From Cyanidioschyzon merolae (lineage: Eukaryota), in NCBI GenBank assembly GCA_000091205.1, contig AP006500.2: a stretch of DNA of 64,000 nt; one strand, written 5' to 3'. Both the position numbers and the translations under genes were made by a program. This document shows positions 34,032 to 45,272 of this stretch, piece by piece. The notes under the pieces are model-generated. The model was given only the letters and a program-made list of their open reading frames with translations, did no database searches and was not told the origin of the DNA. The first letter of the stretch is position 1; every line of letters begins with the position of its first letter.

Positions 34032-34956
34032 CATAGGGATCGGGTTACATTCTTTTCATTGGCTTCATCGCAGGGTGTGCGTGGATCCACCGACAACCAC
34101 TCGCATGTGGTCGTCGTCCAGCACCAAGACGCGAACACGATGCGCATTCGGTTCCGAGACATCGTCAGCAGTGTGTTGGATCGGTTCTGTGAAAATTTTG
34201 GCAAGTAAAATGATACTGGCGTTTGGGGTTTCCAGAATTGATTTTACGGCGCACGACAAGTAAACAGACGAGCGTGTCGATCCATGTCGATGTGATTCGT
34301 CGCCACGCACGCAGAGAATCTCGTTGTTCCTTTCAGATTCAGATGAGCACATCGGTAGTGACTTGTTTGGATTCCACGGACCAGATGCCTAGAAAATGGC
34401 ACACGAGCGTTGGTCAAACGTCCAAAAGAGCTAGAGAAGGAAGGATTTTCAGCATATCCGCGGTGTCTCCTGTTCCACAATTCTGGTATTCTGGTCTTGA
34501 TGCACGCTGGTCGGGGTTTCAGCGATTGCCCTCGTGCAACATTTGCATCCACAAGATCTGCGCGAAGCATGGATTCTCCTATAACGTCGTGAAGTTTCCG
34601 CACCGAGTACCAGAATGTGCCTCAGAGTGCCTGTGCTGGTATTCGGCACCTCGTGTAGCGCGCATACCAGGAAGCACCGCCAGATCAGACGCTGTCTCTG
34701 TAATCCAAATCGGGTTTCTTTCGGGTGCGCCACGCGCGCGGCAGCTGCGTGCAGCGCGCACGCGGACACGTGCACACTCGACACCCAATTTGGACACTAC
34801 AGAGGACCAGGCTCGGGACCGTGCCAGACCGGGATATCCACTCTGTGTGTAGCACTGGACCGCTGCCAATGCGAAAGCTCGTGTGCAATTGCATTTGTCT
34901 TGATATCCCGCTCAGCCAGGGTGAGTTACAAAGATAGTGTTCATTGCGCTTGTACA

Positions 34957-35667
34957 ATGTCTCGCCGACACGCATTGGGTAGCGTTGTATTGCTGGTGTT
35001 GCTCCTCGTGGGAATTCGATGCTGCATATCCGCAGCTGTTTGGCCGCGTTCAGAGATCGACACGGCACTCCTGGAAGAGGTGCTCGGGAGCGTTCGCGTG
35101 ACCGAGTCTCATGATCATGAAAGCATGGAAGGTGTGCCGTCGCCACTCCCGTCGACACCACCGGTTTACGATATGAATCGCACCGCGACTGTGGTCATCA
35201 CAGGTACGCAGGTTGTAAACAGCAACGGTGCCGGGGAGGGCCCCTATGCCTACGGGCTGGGCATCAGCTTCTTGTCAGGAATCCGCTATGCCACGGTGTA
35301 TCCGAACAACGATCCCGGGAGCTTCCGACTCATTAATGCAACAGCTTTGCTGAAAAACAACTCCTTCTTGTATTTCATCTACTACAAGTCTCCGATCGCC
35401 CAGTACTCTGCAGAGAACTCTGCCGGAAGAGCTACCGTTGCGGATTTGTACACTGAAAACCAAACGAATCCGGATTTCGTGTCCGCAGCGGTGATGATCA
35501 AGAGGCTGCGCACCACCACGGGCAATCATGGTGAGTTCTCGGCCACATTCAGCGTGTTCGATCCCCATAATACGTCCGCATTGCCGAACATACCGAATAG
35601 TTTGCTCGATTTCGGCGTTTTAGGAATACAGAATGTGCCATGCGAGAATGCCGGCATCAGCTGCTGA
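34957..35667 (+). CDS. Secreted, N-glycosylation-site-rich protein of unknown function, paralogue 2 (tandem duplicate)
   Basis: ATG verified at 34957. The signal peptide is MSRRHALGSVVLLVLLLVGIRCCISAAVWP. It shares with the upstream paralogue the blocks PPVYD.NRTAT...TG.QV.NSN.AG......G..I.F.SGI.YATV.PN..PG.F...NAT.LL.N.SF.YF.YYK.P.AQY.....NIPSSLLD.GVL.I..VPC..AGI.C. Confidence 0.6.
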   Translation: MSRRHALGSVVLLVLLLVGIRCCISAAVWPRSEIDTALLEEVLGSVRVTESHDHESMEGVPSPLPSTPPVYDMNRTATVVITGTQVVNSNGAGEGPYAYGLGISFLSGIRYATVYPNNDPGSFRLINATALLKNNSFLYFIYYKSPIAQYSAENSAGRATVADLYTENQTNPDFVSAAVMIKRLRTTTGNHGEFSATFSVFDPHNTSALPNIPNSLLDFGVLGIQNVPCENAGISC

Positions 35668-37456
35668 GCCGCCCACGCCGGCTCCGATATGACGTCGACA
35701 GCGACGGATAGGGAGGTACACGCGTGACGCGGCTAAAATTGCTGCTTGAACGTTACGGAAAGATACAGATAAAACATGGAATGTTGCCTAGACGTGCGCT
35801 GGAGAAGCAGGTTCTTCTACTCGAGGTAACTGGTCAGACGCCAGGGGCGAGCTGGCGCTGCAACTCCAGGTCCGCGGTTAGCTCGATAGCCGGCCTCGCG
35901 GTGAATCGCATATCTGCTGCGATCCGCCTTCGACTGGTTTGCTGAAGCGGGGCAAGAGTTCGTACCCCGAAACACCAAGCTGTGGACGGCCTTTGCTCTC
36001 ACGGGAGCATGATGCGGCAGTCGCACGCACGATCTCATGGTCACCGCACATAATGCACCGAAAAGCGGGTTGTGCAGCGTTCTCTTCAGCGCTCTGAAAG
36101 CGTTGAACAGCGTTCAGGCAATATCTCTCAGGTTCCAGAAAGCAGATGCTTGTGATGGCAAGCGTGCGTACAAAGAAGCTTCTTGTCCCGGACGAGAATC
36201 TAAAAGGTATTTCGTCCAGCTGATCAACATCCGTAGACGCAGCATGCATTGGAGCCGCGCTCTGGACCACAGCTGAGGCATCGTCGGCCATGCGAGCCTC
36301 ACTGCACCGTGTCGAGCGTGTGCGGCACACGAGCTCCGCAGCAAATCCAAGGTATGCTCAACAAGTTCGACCCGGAGCTGTGCATGGATGTGCTCCCGGA
36401 TCCAGTTAACAATCGCGTAATCGCGGAAGCGCTCGTTCGTGGCAACGATCATAGACCTTTTAAATACGCCATGCAACTATCGAAAATCGTACTGTCGAAA
36501 ACTGAATCAAGCATGTCTATCGCGAACTTGAAATTCCAAGCTCAGACTTTGCGATTTGTTCGTATTTCAGAAGACGCACATGTGCGTCGCTCAGCATGGC
36601 TTAGACACATCCATGTATACGTTCTGCATTGAAGCAGAGTTTCGGGAGATACCCACGAAAACGCGAGATTGACGAGTGCCGCAAAGCGAAAGAATTGAGA
36701 CCTCCAGCCCGACATGCCATACGAAGATTTTGCAGAAATCTCCCTCGGCAATCGGGAACCAGGGTCTTGATCCCTGCAAGCGGCGCCAGTCTCGACCGTA
36801 TTCCAGACTCAGTTAACCCAGAGAAGCCGAAACGCGCGTGACGCGCATGCCATCGGGTGAAATCCCCTCGTGTTGCCTGAAAGCGAAACAAGCGTCTGCC
36901 CGCGTACGCACTCAAGCCGATGCACGTTGCGCAATCGTGAAGCCGTCGTGTCTTCGTCTAGCAACATTGGCGACGCACCCCCAGCGTCGCAGTGAGCACC
37001 TGTAGCGGGCTCGGGACCCCGCAGGTTCGTTGTGTTAAGCCTCTACGTCATGGACAAACATCGTTCTGCGGTCGATGGAAAGCCAAATGGCCTCTAAAAA
37101 ATAAGAAGGGTCGACTCGCCTGGATACTGGCAGTGTTCGCGCTCCCCCGGGACCAGTTCGATACAAGAGTGTTGCACCAGAGGGACCGCAGGATAACCGT
37201 ACGCGTTGCATCGGTACCCGACATTGCCGGGTGCTCCGATGGAACACATCTCCGCCCGGGCACGATGTCCAATATTGTCCAGCAGGCGATCGCTGCCCAG
37301 CATTGCACCGGACACGCCTGACGATGCCAGCTGGCGCGCGACCCGATCAGACACGCTCGATGAGGCTTACGCAGAGGAACGCCCTGTCGAACCGCACCAG
37401 CGTTCGCTTCAACGCACCTCAGTAACCGTCCGTAGTGAAGTTGCGACTGCTCAAAA

Positions 37457-38170
37457 ATGGCCCTGTCGTGCTTTTGTGCCAAACGTACTTTCCAGAGCTT
37501 CGATCGAACGCCCCTTCCCGAGTATGAAGAGAACAAGAGGAAAGTGAACGCGATTGAGAGCTCACTGGGGCGTCTCATTCGCGACCTCGAAGCGGTTCAA
37601 TCAAACTGGGTTCGGTTGGGTGACGTCTTGAAAGCGTTCGCATCCGATCTCAGCGGCGCTCTACCTGAATCAAGCAGTGAGAACGTCAAGGATACGTCAG
37701 AGAAGCTGGCAAAGTCCAGCGAGGAGGTCGGGAACGAGTTGCGCCAAACGCTGACGGCGGAAAAAGCGTCCCCCTCGAGTAAGATTCTCAGTTACCTGAA
37801 AGAGTTCCGTAAGCGGCTTGCAGAGTGCAAGCAAAAGTCATCCAAGATGGAGAACCTGGCGAAAGACTACGACGCAAGACGGGCTGTGGTCGATGACAAG
37901 GAAAAGGCGAACACTCCCGAGCCTAAGCTGCAACGCGTTCGTGATCTCATGTATGAGGCGGAGATGAAGTTCCGTGAGGCCGAGAAGAACGTGCTTCAAC
38001 TGCAGAAATCCATCATAGATGACGCACCGTTTGCGTTCGAGGCAGCGATGGTCGGTCTCGCAACCATTCTGGCCGATCGGTCGCGTCTCTTGCAGGAGAA
38101 AGGTACGACATTTCGCACAATTCGCGACGCGCAGCTGGATGCAGTTCTGAAGCGCATCGATTCAACGTGA
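37457..38170 (+). CDS. Hypothetical coiled-coil protein
   Basis: A 237-aa ORF; ATG verified at 37457. It is K/E-rich with a heptad-like composition and no recognisable catalytic motif. Confidence 0.35.
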   Translation: MALSCFCAKRTFQSFDRTPLPEYEENKRKVNAIESSLGRLIRDLEAVQSNWVRLGDVLKAFASDLSGALPESSSENVKDTSEKLAKSSEEVGNELRQTLTAEKASPSSKILSYLKEFRKRLAECKQKSSKMENLAKDYDARRAVVDDKEKANTPEPKLQRVRDLMYEAEMKFREAEKNVLQLQKSIIDDAPFAFEAAMVGLATILADRSRLLQEKGTTFRTIRDAQLDAVLKRIDST

Positions 38171-38699
38171 TAGGCGTGCTTTTTTCTCAGGTCATGACGG
38201 GACCAGCGGGCATCTGCAGTGCACTGATCGCGGGGGCAGCAGCCCGTTGGCATCCCATGCAGTCAAGGCGCACTTCGATATCTCAGAACGCGGGCTATGC
38301 AACGGATGGCGCGAGCGCTACCACTGCTTCGCGTTCGCCTGGCGCTTGGAAGACCCAGTGCAGGCGTTTCATGCACGCCTGCACATTTTGACTTGGGTCC
38401 TGGTCAGGTCCAGTCGCGCAGGCCGGCGCCAATAATGCTTTGAATTCATTGAGACTATCTTTGGCGTGGATGCAGTAGCGTAAAAGTACCAAAAGATGGG
38501 ATCGGTAGTCTGGACCGCTTCGCCCCGTGAAATGAGCGCCGGCACATCGGCGGCTCCAAATACCCCAGATGGTTTGTATCCTGGGCGCCGCGTACAGTAC
38601 GTGGAGCCACGCTCTGCAGAGATGCTCACACACCGGTCCCGCAGTAAGGAACCGATCCATATCATCACCCGTGCGAGGCAGTGCGAGCAGCGTATGCAT

Positions 38700-39200
38700 G
38701 TTGGTCGAGTTGCTTCGCTGGGGCCCATACCCTATGCAAATCAGGCCGAGGAGCACTACCGGCGGCACGGAGCTCTTTCATCTGCGAAGAGTTGCTGCCC
38801 GGTGTGCAAGTATTTCGCGCCGGGAAGCGCCCAAGTCAGCGCTCGGCACGCCGCCTTTCACGTCCAGAAACACGACCAGTACTTTATCGAATATTCACGC
38901 CGGCACCAGCGCATTCGCCGTATTCGAGCGCAGACGGATCACGGCACCAGCGAGATCGCGCTTGCCGCTGGGGCGCGTACTGCGATGCGGGTTCGAGGTT
39001 CATACCACGTATCGCCGCCAGCGGTACCGGCATTTCACTGGAAGCGATCGCTGCGATGACGGGAGTGTGCCTCTGAGACTCTATTCCATGCAAACAGAAG
39101 AGACCGGAGCCTCTGGGAGCATCTCCCGGGCGACGTATCATGGCGCTGCCGTCGAATGCCGTATTTTGGGCGTCCGCAGAGAGAGACGAGGATTTCGCAT
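38700..39200 (-). mobile_element. Decayed Tc1/mariner-like transposase relic (third copy of the family)
   Basis: The minus-strand translation ...PRGSGLFCLHGIESQRHTPVIAAIASSEMPV... parallels the 19052-19741 relic (PRGSRLCRMHRKGSGARAAVIAAIRFQ). Nucleotides 39095-39130 are reverse-complement-similar to 19140-19175 and to 4855-4880 (cccagaggctcc.gtctct...catgcatcgaa). Confidence 0.45.
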
Positions 39201-40218
39201 TCAGGCCGAATCGATAAATTGACGATACAAGTCTATTGTATTTTCGGCATGAGCTTTTGAATCAGTCACCAGGCGAAGCTGTTGCGTATCTCGCCCCGTC
39301 AATCCAGCGGCGCGAATTGCTGCGCATACGCGTTGCCTCGAAATTGAAGATGCATGATCTGAGCAGGCTGCACCGAATGAAAGGAGATACCTGAAGCCTT
39401 GTTCATGTGCACGAAATCAGAATGTCAGTTATTGAACGAAATTCTGTTCGAGAATATCCCGATTCATATTGATTCCGGTGACGTTAAGCATTCCAGCTGC
39501 CAAGTGTCGAATACACCACTCCGTACCTTACCAGAGAGTCCCGGAACGACGTGGGGATCCCGAATCTCGCTTTGTTCCAATCCGAATCGCAACAGTATGC
39601 ACCTCAAAAATTTCGATATATAAGTCGAAAGACTGTAACAGTGCGATCCGTTCCCTGTTCCACGCCGTACTCTGGCACGGGTGTCATTCAGTACACAAAA
39701 TCCGTTCTTGCCCAGAGGCACCTGGGAGTGCGCCTCCAGCGCTGGCGCTGCTGCTGCTGCTGCGCACCACGGAGGCGTTTCACCGATCTCTTTTTTTAAT
39801 TTCATTGACAGAACGTTTACCTGGGCCAGCGTTCTCCGATTATGCGCATTTTTCTTTTCTTACTATTTTTGTGTGTGTTTTTTTCAGTGCGCGCCACGGA
39901 GGCGTTTCACCGATGCGCACGGATCGCGTAGCGCGGCGCGTGCGAGCGGGAACGCCGGCGCTGCTGGGGTGCGTGCGTGCGCGCGCGCGTCGCCCGTCCA
40001 CGCCGCGCATCGTGATGCTTCGGCGGCCTTCAGGGGCGCGCGCCCGCCGCCTCGCCGTCCGGGGCGCAAACTGCCCATCATCCTTGGGGACGACGATCAT
40101 CGAAGCTGGGCGCTGGCGTCGACGTGCCCGTTCATATAGAGTGTGCGCTGTGGTATTGAGTGAACATCGACTCGTGTCGGGCACAAGGCACACACCAAAT
40201 AAGCTTTCAACACGTGGT

Positions 40219-41628
40219 ATGGCGCCGCGAAGTGGTTTCGTTCCAGTAACTGGAGAGCGGCTGCTGTGGCGGTCGAGAGGCTCTCTGGGTGGTGTACCCT
40301 CGCGGGGGCTACCTCCTGATAACCCAATTCGGAGCGGAGGCTGGGGTGCGTTCTGTTCGCGCCGGTTCTCTGAGCGGGCGTGTCCCGCGCGAATTTTGCG
40401 CTGTACTCCTGCGCGCAACCGGGCAAGCTCGCGCAGGGGCGTACTCAGCCTTCGAGCAGAGGAGGACTATTACGCAAGGCTGGGTGTGTCGCGGAACGCA
40501 GCTGCGGACGAAATCCGACGCGCTTTCCGCCAAAAGGCGCGCATGCTGCACCCCGACGTCAACAAAGCACCGAACGCCAAGGAAGAGTTTCAGAAATTGT
40601 CTGAGGCGTATGAGGTGCTCTCGGACGAGAACCTCCGCAAGCGCTACGATATGTTCGGTGAGGCCGGTGTGAAGGGAGCGGCGGCGAGCTCTGGTGGCGG
40701 GCCCACCGGCTTCGCGGACTTTGCGGACCTTGGCGGTCTGGGTGATATCTTTGACCAGTTTTTTGGGGGCGCGGCTTCTGGTCGTGCGCGCGCCCGGCGT
40801 AGCGGTCCCGAGCCCGGTGAAGACCTCCGACTAGACCTCGAGATAGACTTTGAGAAAGCCATTTTCGGCGGCGAGGAGAAAATACGAATCAGTCACTTGG
40901 AAACCTGCGAAACTTGCAGCGGATCCGGGATGCGCCCGGGTTCCTCGCCACGAATGTGCACGATGTGCGGCGGCGCAGGGGTCGTGACGCAGGTTGCGCG
41001 GACCCCGCTAGGCGCTTTCCAGTCGACGCAAACGTGTCCGAATTGCCGCGGGGCAGGAGAAGTAGTCGATGAATACTGTGGCACGTGCGGCGGGCGAGGT
41101 CGTGTACAGACGCAGAAGCAGCTCATGCTCACCATTCCCGCTGGGGTGGATGATGGCTCCAGGCTACGTGTCCGCTCCGAGGGCGATGCTGGTACCCGCG
41201 GCGGGCCACCCGGTGACCTCTACGTGTACATCAAGGTTCGTCCGCATCCCGAATTTCGCCGAGAGGATCTCGACATTTATTCGGAGTTCACCGTGTCGTA
41301 CCTCGACGCCATTCTCGGTCGGCGCATACGTGTGAACACGATTCACGGCCCTGTGGAGGTTTCGCTTCCGCCGGGTACGCAGCCTGGCACTGTACTGCGA
41401 ATTGCCGATAAGGGTGTACCGAAACTGGGATCGCCAACACGCCGTGGACACCACTACTTAACAATCAAGGTTAGTATACCGAAGCAATTAAGCGATGCGG
41501 AGCGAAAGCTCATCGAAGAATTGGATCGCCTTCGAAAGGAGGATGCGCACCAGAACGGCTCCGCCAGCGGAACAGATGACAAGAAACGGGGAGGCATCTT
41601 CGGAGGCTTTGGGCCTAAAATGAAGTAG
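40219..41628 (+). CDS. Type-I DnaJ/Hsp40 (bacterial-type, organelle-targeted), with J-domain, G/F region, four CxxCxG zinc-finger repeats and a C-terminal domain
   Basis: [33 protein letters not shown] (J domain with HPD), [32 protein letters not shown], then a DnaJ-like C-terminus. ATG verified at 40219, preceded by an Arg-rich presequence. An alternative upstream ATG at 39910 ([13 protein letters not shown]...) would give a presequence of about 185 aa. Confidence 0.88.
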   Translation: MAPRSGFVPVTGERLLWRSRGSLGGVPSRGLPPDNPIRSGGWGAFCSRRFSERACPARILRCTPARNRASSRRGVLSLRAEEDYYARLGVSRNAAADEIRRAFRQKARMLHPDVNKAPNAKEEFQKLSEAYEVLSDENLRKRYDMFGEAGVKGAAASSGGGPTGFADFADLGGLGDIFDQFFGGAASGRARARRSGPEPGEDLRLDLEIDFEKAIFGGEEKIRISHLETCETCSGSGMRPGSSPRMCTMCGGAGVVTQVARTPLGAFQSTQTCPNCRGAGEVVDEYCGTCGGRGRVQTQKQLMLTIPAGVDDGSRLRVRSEGDAGTRGGPPGDLYVYIKVRPHPEFRREDLDIYSEFTVSYLDAILGRRIRVNTIHGPVEVSLPPGTQPGTVLRIADKGVPKLGSPTRRGHHYLTIKVSIPKQLSDAERKLIEELDRLRKEDAHQNGSASGTDDKKRGGIFGGFGPKMK

Positions 41629-42600
41629 CCCTCGCTGACGGTTGCGAGTCGAGCACATGAGGCGAGCGACTCCATCTTCGTTCGTGGCCTGCATAAGCGC
41701 GACAGCGACTGCCCCTGACACCAACGAATATGGCGTTGGACAGGATGCCACGGCGAGTCGATGCGGCCATACCTGTTGCGTTTCTTTTCTGGCACTCCCT
41801 GAGCTTGGAAGATTGTCACAAGAACCGTATTTCAATCAGCAAGCTGTAGGGCGTGAGCGAGCACGAGCATGTGCGACTTGCTGGCCGGTGCATTTCCTTT
41901 AACCTCATCGCTGCAGCGCCTCGGTCAATGCACCATCAGAGGGATACGCATGCGTCTGTAAATGTCGGAAATCAGGTCGTGTGCCATGGATTCGTCATGA
42001 TGCCTTTTGGGGGCACCATGTGTACGACGAGGTTGGTCAGTGAGGCACGAGGCCACGGCTTCGCCTGTGGCGATTGCATCCGCCGGTGCCGCATGCCGCT
42101 GCCAAGAATAGTTGACGGGAGACAGATCCGGGCCTGTGGGGGCGTTTGTCACGCGGAGCGTCTCGCCCTGCTGGGAAGCGGAACGTCTAAAGTGTCAAGA
42201 AGCTTCGGTTTTAGCGGCATTGGCAAAGAAGTTGTGGCACTACGCGCAGTAATGGAGAACAACGCGACACGATTCGCCTCTACGAACAGCCCAGGAACAC
42301 CGTGCCCAGTGGATATGCAGACGGCGTTGCAGCGTTTCTGGGGTGGTAACGGTACCCTAATCATGCCTTGCGTGTGGCGAGAATCCAACGCCCACTCTCC
42401 TGGCCGCTGATCTTTTTAAATCGAAAATATTCAGCGTTCCAGCACAATACCCACACGGAGTACTTAATGATTTCCTCGAAAGTTCACTTGAAACAAAGAC
42501 GCTAGACGCTGCGGAAGCACGAAGCATTGGCGGATGTTGAGCGGGGCGCTCCAGTCTCGGTTCAGAAGCTGCGCGCGCGCATTGGTACTATACGGGAGAA

Positions 42601-42624
42601 ACACACACACACACACACACACAC
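42601..42624. repeat. (AC)12 microsatellite
   Basis: acacacacacacacacacacacac seen directly. Confidence 0.95.
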
Positions 42625-45272
42625 GCCATAGGCAGCTTCTCAACTTCGATAGCCTCGCCATGAGAAGTTCGATCCACAAAACCTACATAAATCTCGTGCA
42701 TGGTGCTCTGTTCCGCTCTCTTCTTCTCTACCTGTTTCAGCGTACATCCCAGCCCATAATGCGTGTACGTTGTCCTGAACACATTGATGGGAATCGTGTA
42801 GAATCGTTTCCTGCACTCGTTATACGATGTCGTCGATTGCGCGTTAGTGCAGCGCTTGTGCGCTCAAATACGTCCATGTCGTTGACAACCACCATGAAAC
42901 AACGCGACTCGTCAGTACTTTAGTTTTTCGGCTCCTTGAATAAGTTGGAAGAATGCGCAAGTCGTCTGGGTGCGCGCAACCGAACGCGTTGGCGAGACCA
43001 GCACAGACTCAGGTACTCCTGGCAAAAATCGTCTGCGTGAGGCAGTTGGACGCTCATACAATCTCTGAATAAAGCGCGCACAGCATTGTCCTCCAATCGA
43101 ACCGGTCGCCAGCGCGTAGAGAAGGGTCCTGATGGCACCAGTCCTCTTTTCGCTCAGCGTTGTGGCGTCCACCGTGCCCGTCTGCCCGTAAAATCGGGCC
43201 ACGGAAAAGTCAAAGAGCATTGTCTACGTTTTTGTGCTCAGGTCGTTGCCAATGTGCCTTTGATTTAGAGGTACGGAAACGGCGATGACGTCCTTCAACC
43301 AGGGATCTACGCTTAACGCAAATTCTTTCTCTTCATCTACTGTGGACGATGAGAAATATGTTTTGTTCCAGGGCTGAGGCCTAGTTTTGTGAGAGTTCGT
43401 GCAGATTGGTATTCAATTGGTCTCTGTTGCTTCTGTGAGCTTCGTTCCGCGTCATGCAAACATGAAACCACGAGCGGGCTTCGCGAATAATCTTCGCGAT
43501 GTTCCTTGAATGCATCATCGTCGCTCTTTAAGACTGACTCCTTTTTCCTTTTCTTGTTTCCTTTGCGGGATCACATAGATGTGAGCGCTATGCGCCATCC
43601 CTGGTTTTCACTCGGGAGGTGGATTTCGTCGATGGAGAATGGTTCTGAATTCCGCAAGCTGTACGGATGTATCTAGTTTTGCTCAAGTACCTGTTCGTTA
43701 CGTCCTCTGTCGCGAGCACGCCCATGGTCCGAATCGTCTCTTTCCACCGCCACCCGCGCACGAGCAGAGAAGTAACATAGCAGCTCAGGGCTGGCGAAGT
43801 TAGAGAGCGATTTGGAGGAGTATGGTGTTCCAGATGCAAACGACTCGTTTATTGATCCGTGAAGGCAGAATGCCATTTGACAACAGAGAAGAGGCCTTCG
43901 ATTGCATTGGACAGGCTAGACAAGGCAGCCACGAAGCGCAGCTGAGTGCTAATCCCAAATGCACACTCGTTGACCCTAGTAGAGTGGCAAAATTCGATTC
44001 GGCCTACGAGCAGGGCAGAGAAATGTGCGAAGAAGAAGCCACGTGTCGTGCATGGGCGAAGGATGAAGCGTAGAACGATCCTATCAGTTCGGCGAGTTGT
44101 TAGCGACCACAGGATCGCATGGCGGCAACAGCTTAAGATGTCGTCAATTTTGCGTGTTTCTTGTTAACGAGCAGCAGTTTGCCTCTCTTTTCGTACCCAT
44201 GCACAGGTCTTCCGCGTCTCCTGAACGAAGCCTCTTCGAGCGACATGAAGACCGTTCGTTCGTCTCCTGTGGATTCGTAGTTCAGTACGAAATCGGTAGT
44301 GTCTTGATCGACGCTCGACGGTTTCCCATAGGAGCGCGTTTTCTTCTGTGTCCGTTGGTGTCTCTTCATCATCGGTCACATCAACTGTACGGAAATATTA
44401 TATTGTGTAGCTTGTTTGGTATTATTTCTAAGAGAGCGTATGGCGTCGATCGGATTGATGAGACGACATTCGCGTGACTCGAGGTTCATGAGTTTACTGT
44501 CTTGGGTACTCGACCTTCAGAATAAAGACTAGGCGAAGAATGGTTCGTGCAGCAGCTCACCGAAGCACGACTGACTTGTTCAACTGAGACTCGTTCTGGC
44601 GAGCTCATCGTGACAGCGTCAAGTCTTCCCGTAACCTCTCTCCAGTCTCCAAGATACGTTCCTATTACTGAAACCCCGCGAGAGACAAAAACCAAAACAT
44701 TGATCGACGTGCTGCTACAGGAGCTCCAGCAAACACTGCTGTGCATATCTGACGCGTTACCGCTCCCGCTCCAACACGTCTGCGCACTAGCAGCACTCGA
44801 GGCCTGGCGCCTGCGCGATGCCGCCCGTGCTACCAGCACCACCACCAACACCAACACCGCCCTTGCAGCGAACTGTATTCGACTCCAATGTGCTGCAGTA
44901 CGCAATCGCTTGGCTGCACTGCACTGCACTGCACTGCACGAACGGCTGCAAAATACGTTGCCCGTATCTGCGGGGCGCCCTGCAGTGCCCCGCCGATCTA
45001 TGGCACACATCTCTGGCACCGCCGGCGTGCCGGCATCCGTCGACGCCCTTCCCGAATGTTCGCCTCGCCGGCGAGCGCTGAGATTCTGGTACAAAACGCC
45101 TTATCCATCATCTCCGTGAACGGCGTGCGTCCTTCGCGTCTGTGGCGAACAATCTGGGATTTCGACTCGTGCATCAGACAGTGTGAAGAGAGAACCTACG
45201 TCCTGACATCGCTTTGCGGAAAATAGCCCTCCTGAGCACCGCTTGAACGAATTTTGCAGGCTTGGTGGCAGC

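Noticed and set aside
39469-40218. 5' extension of the DnaJ ORF back to 39469 (a 719-aa ORF in the track)
   Set aside because: The track start is a non-ATG codon. The upstream part is low-complexity and spans a T-rich tract. The first well-placed ATG, followed by a presequence-like peptide, was preferred (40219, alternatively 39910).
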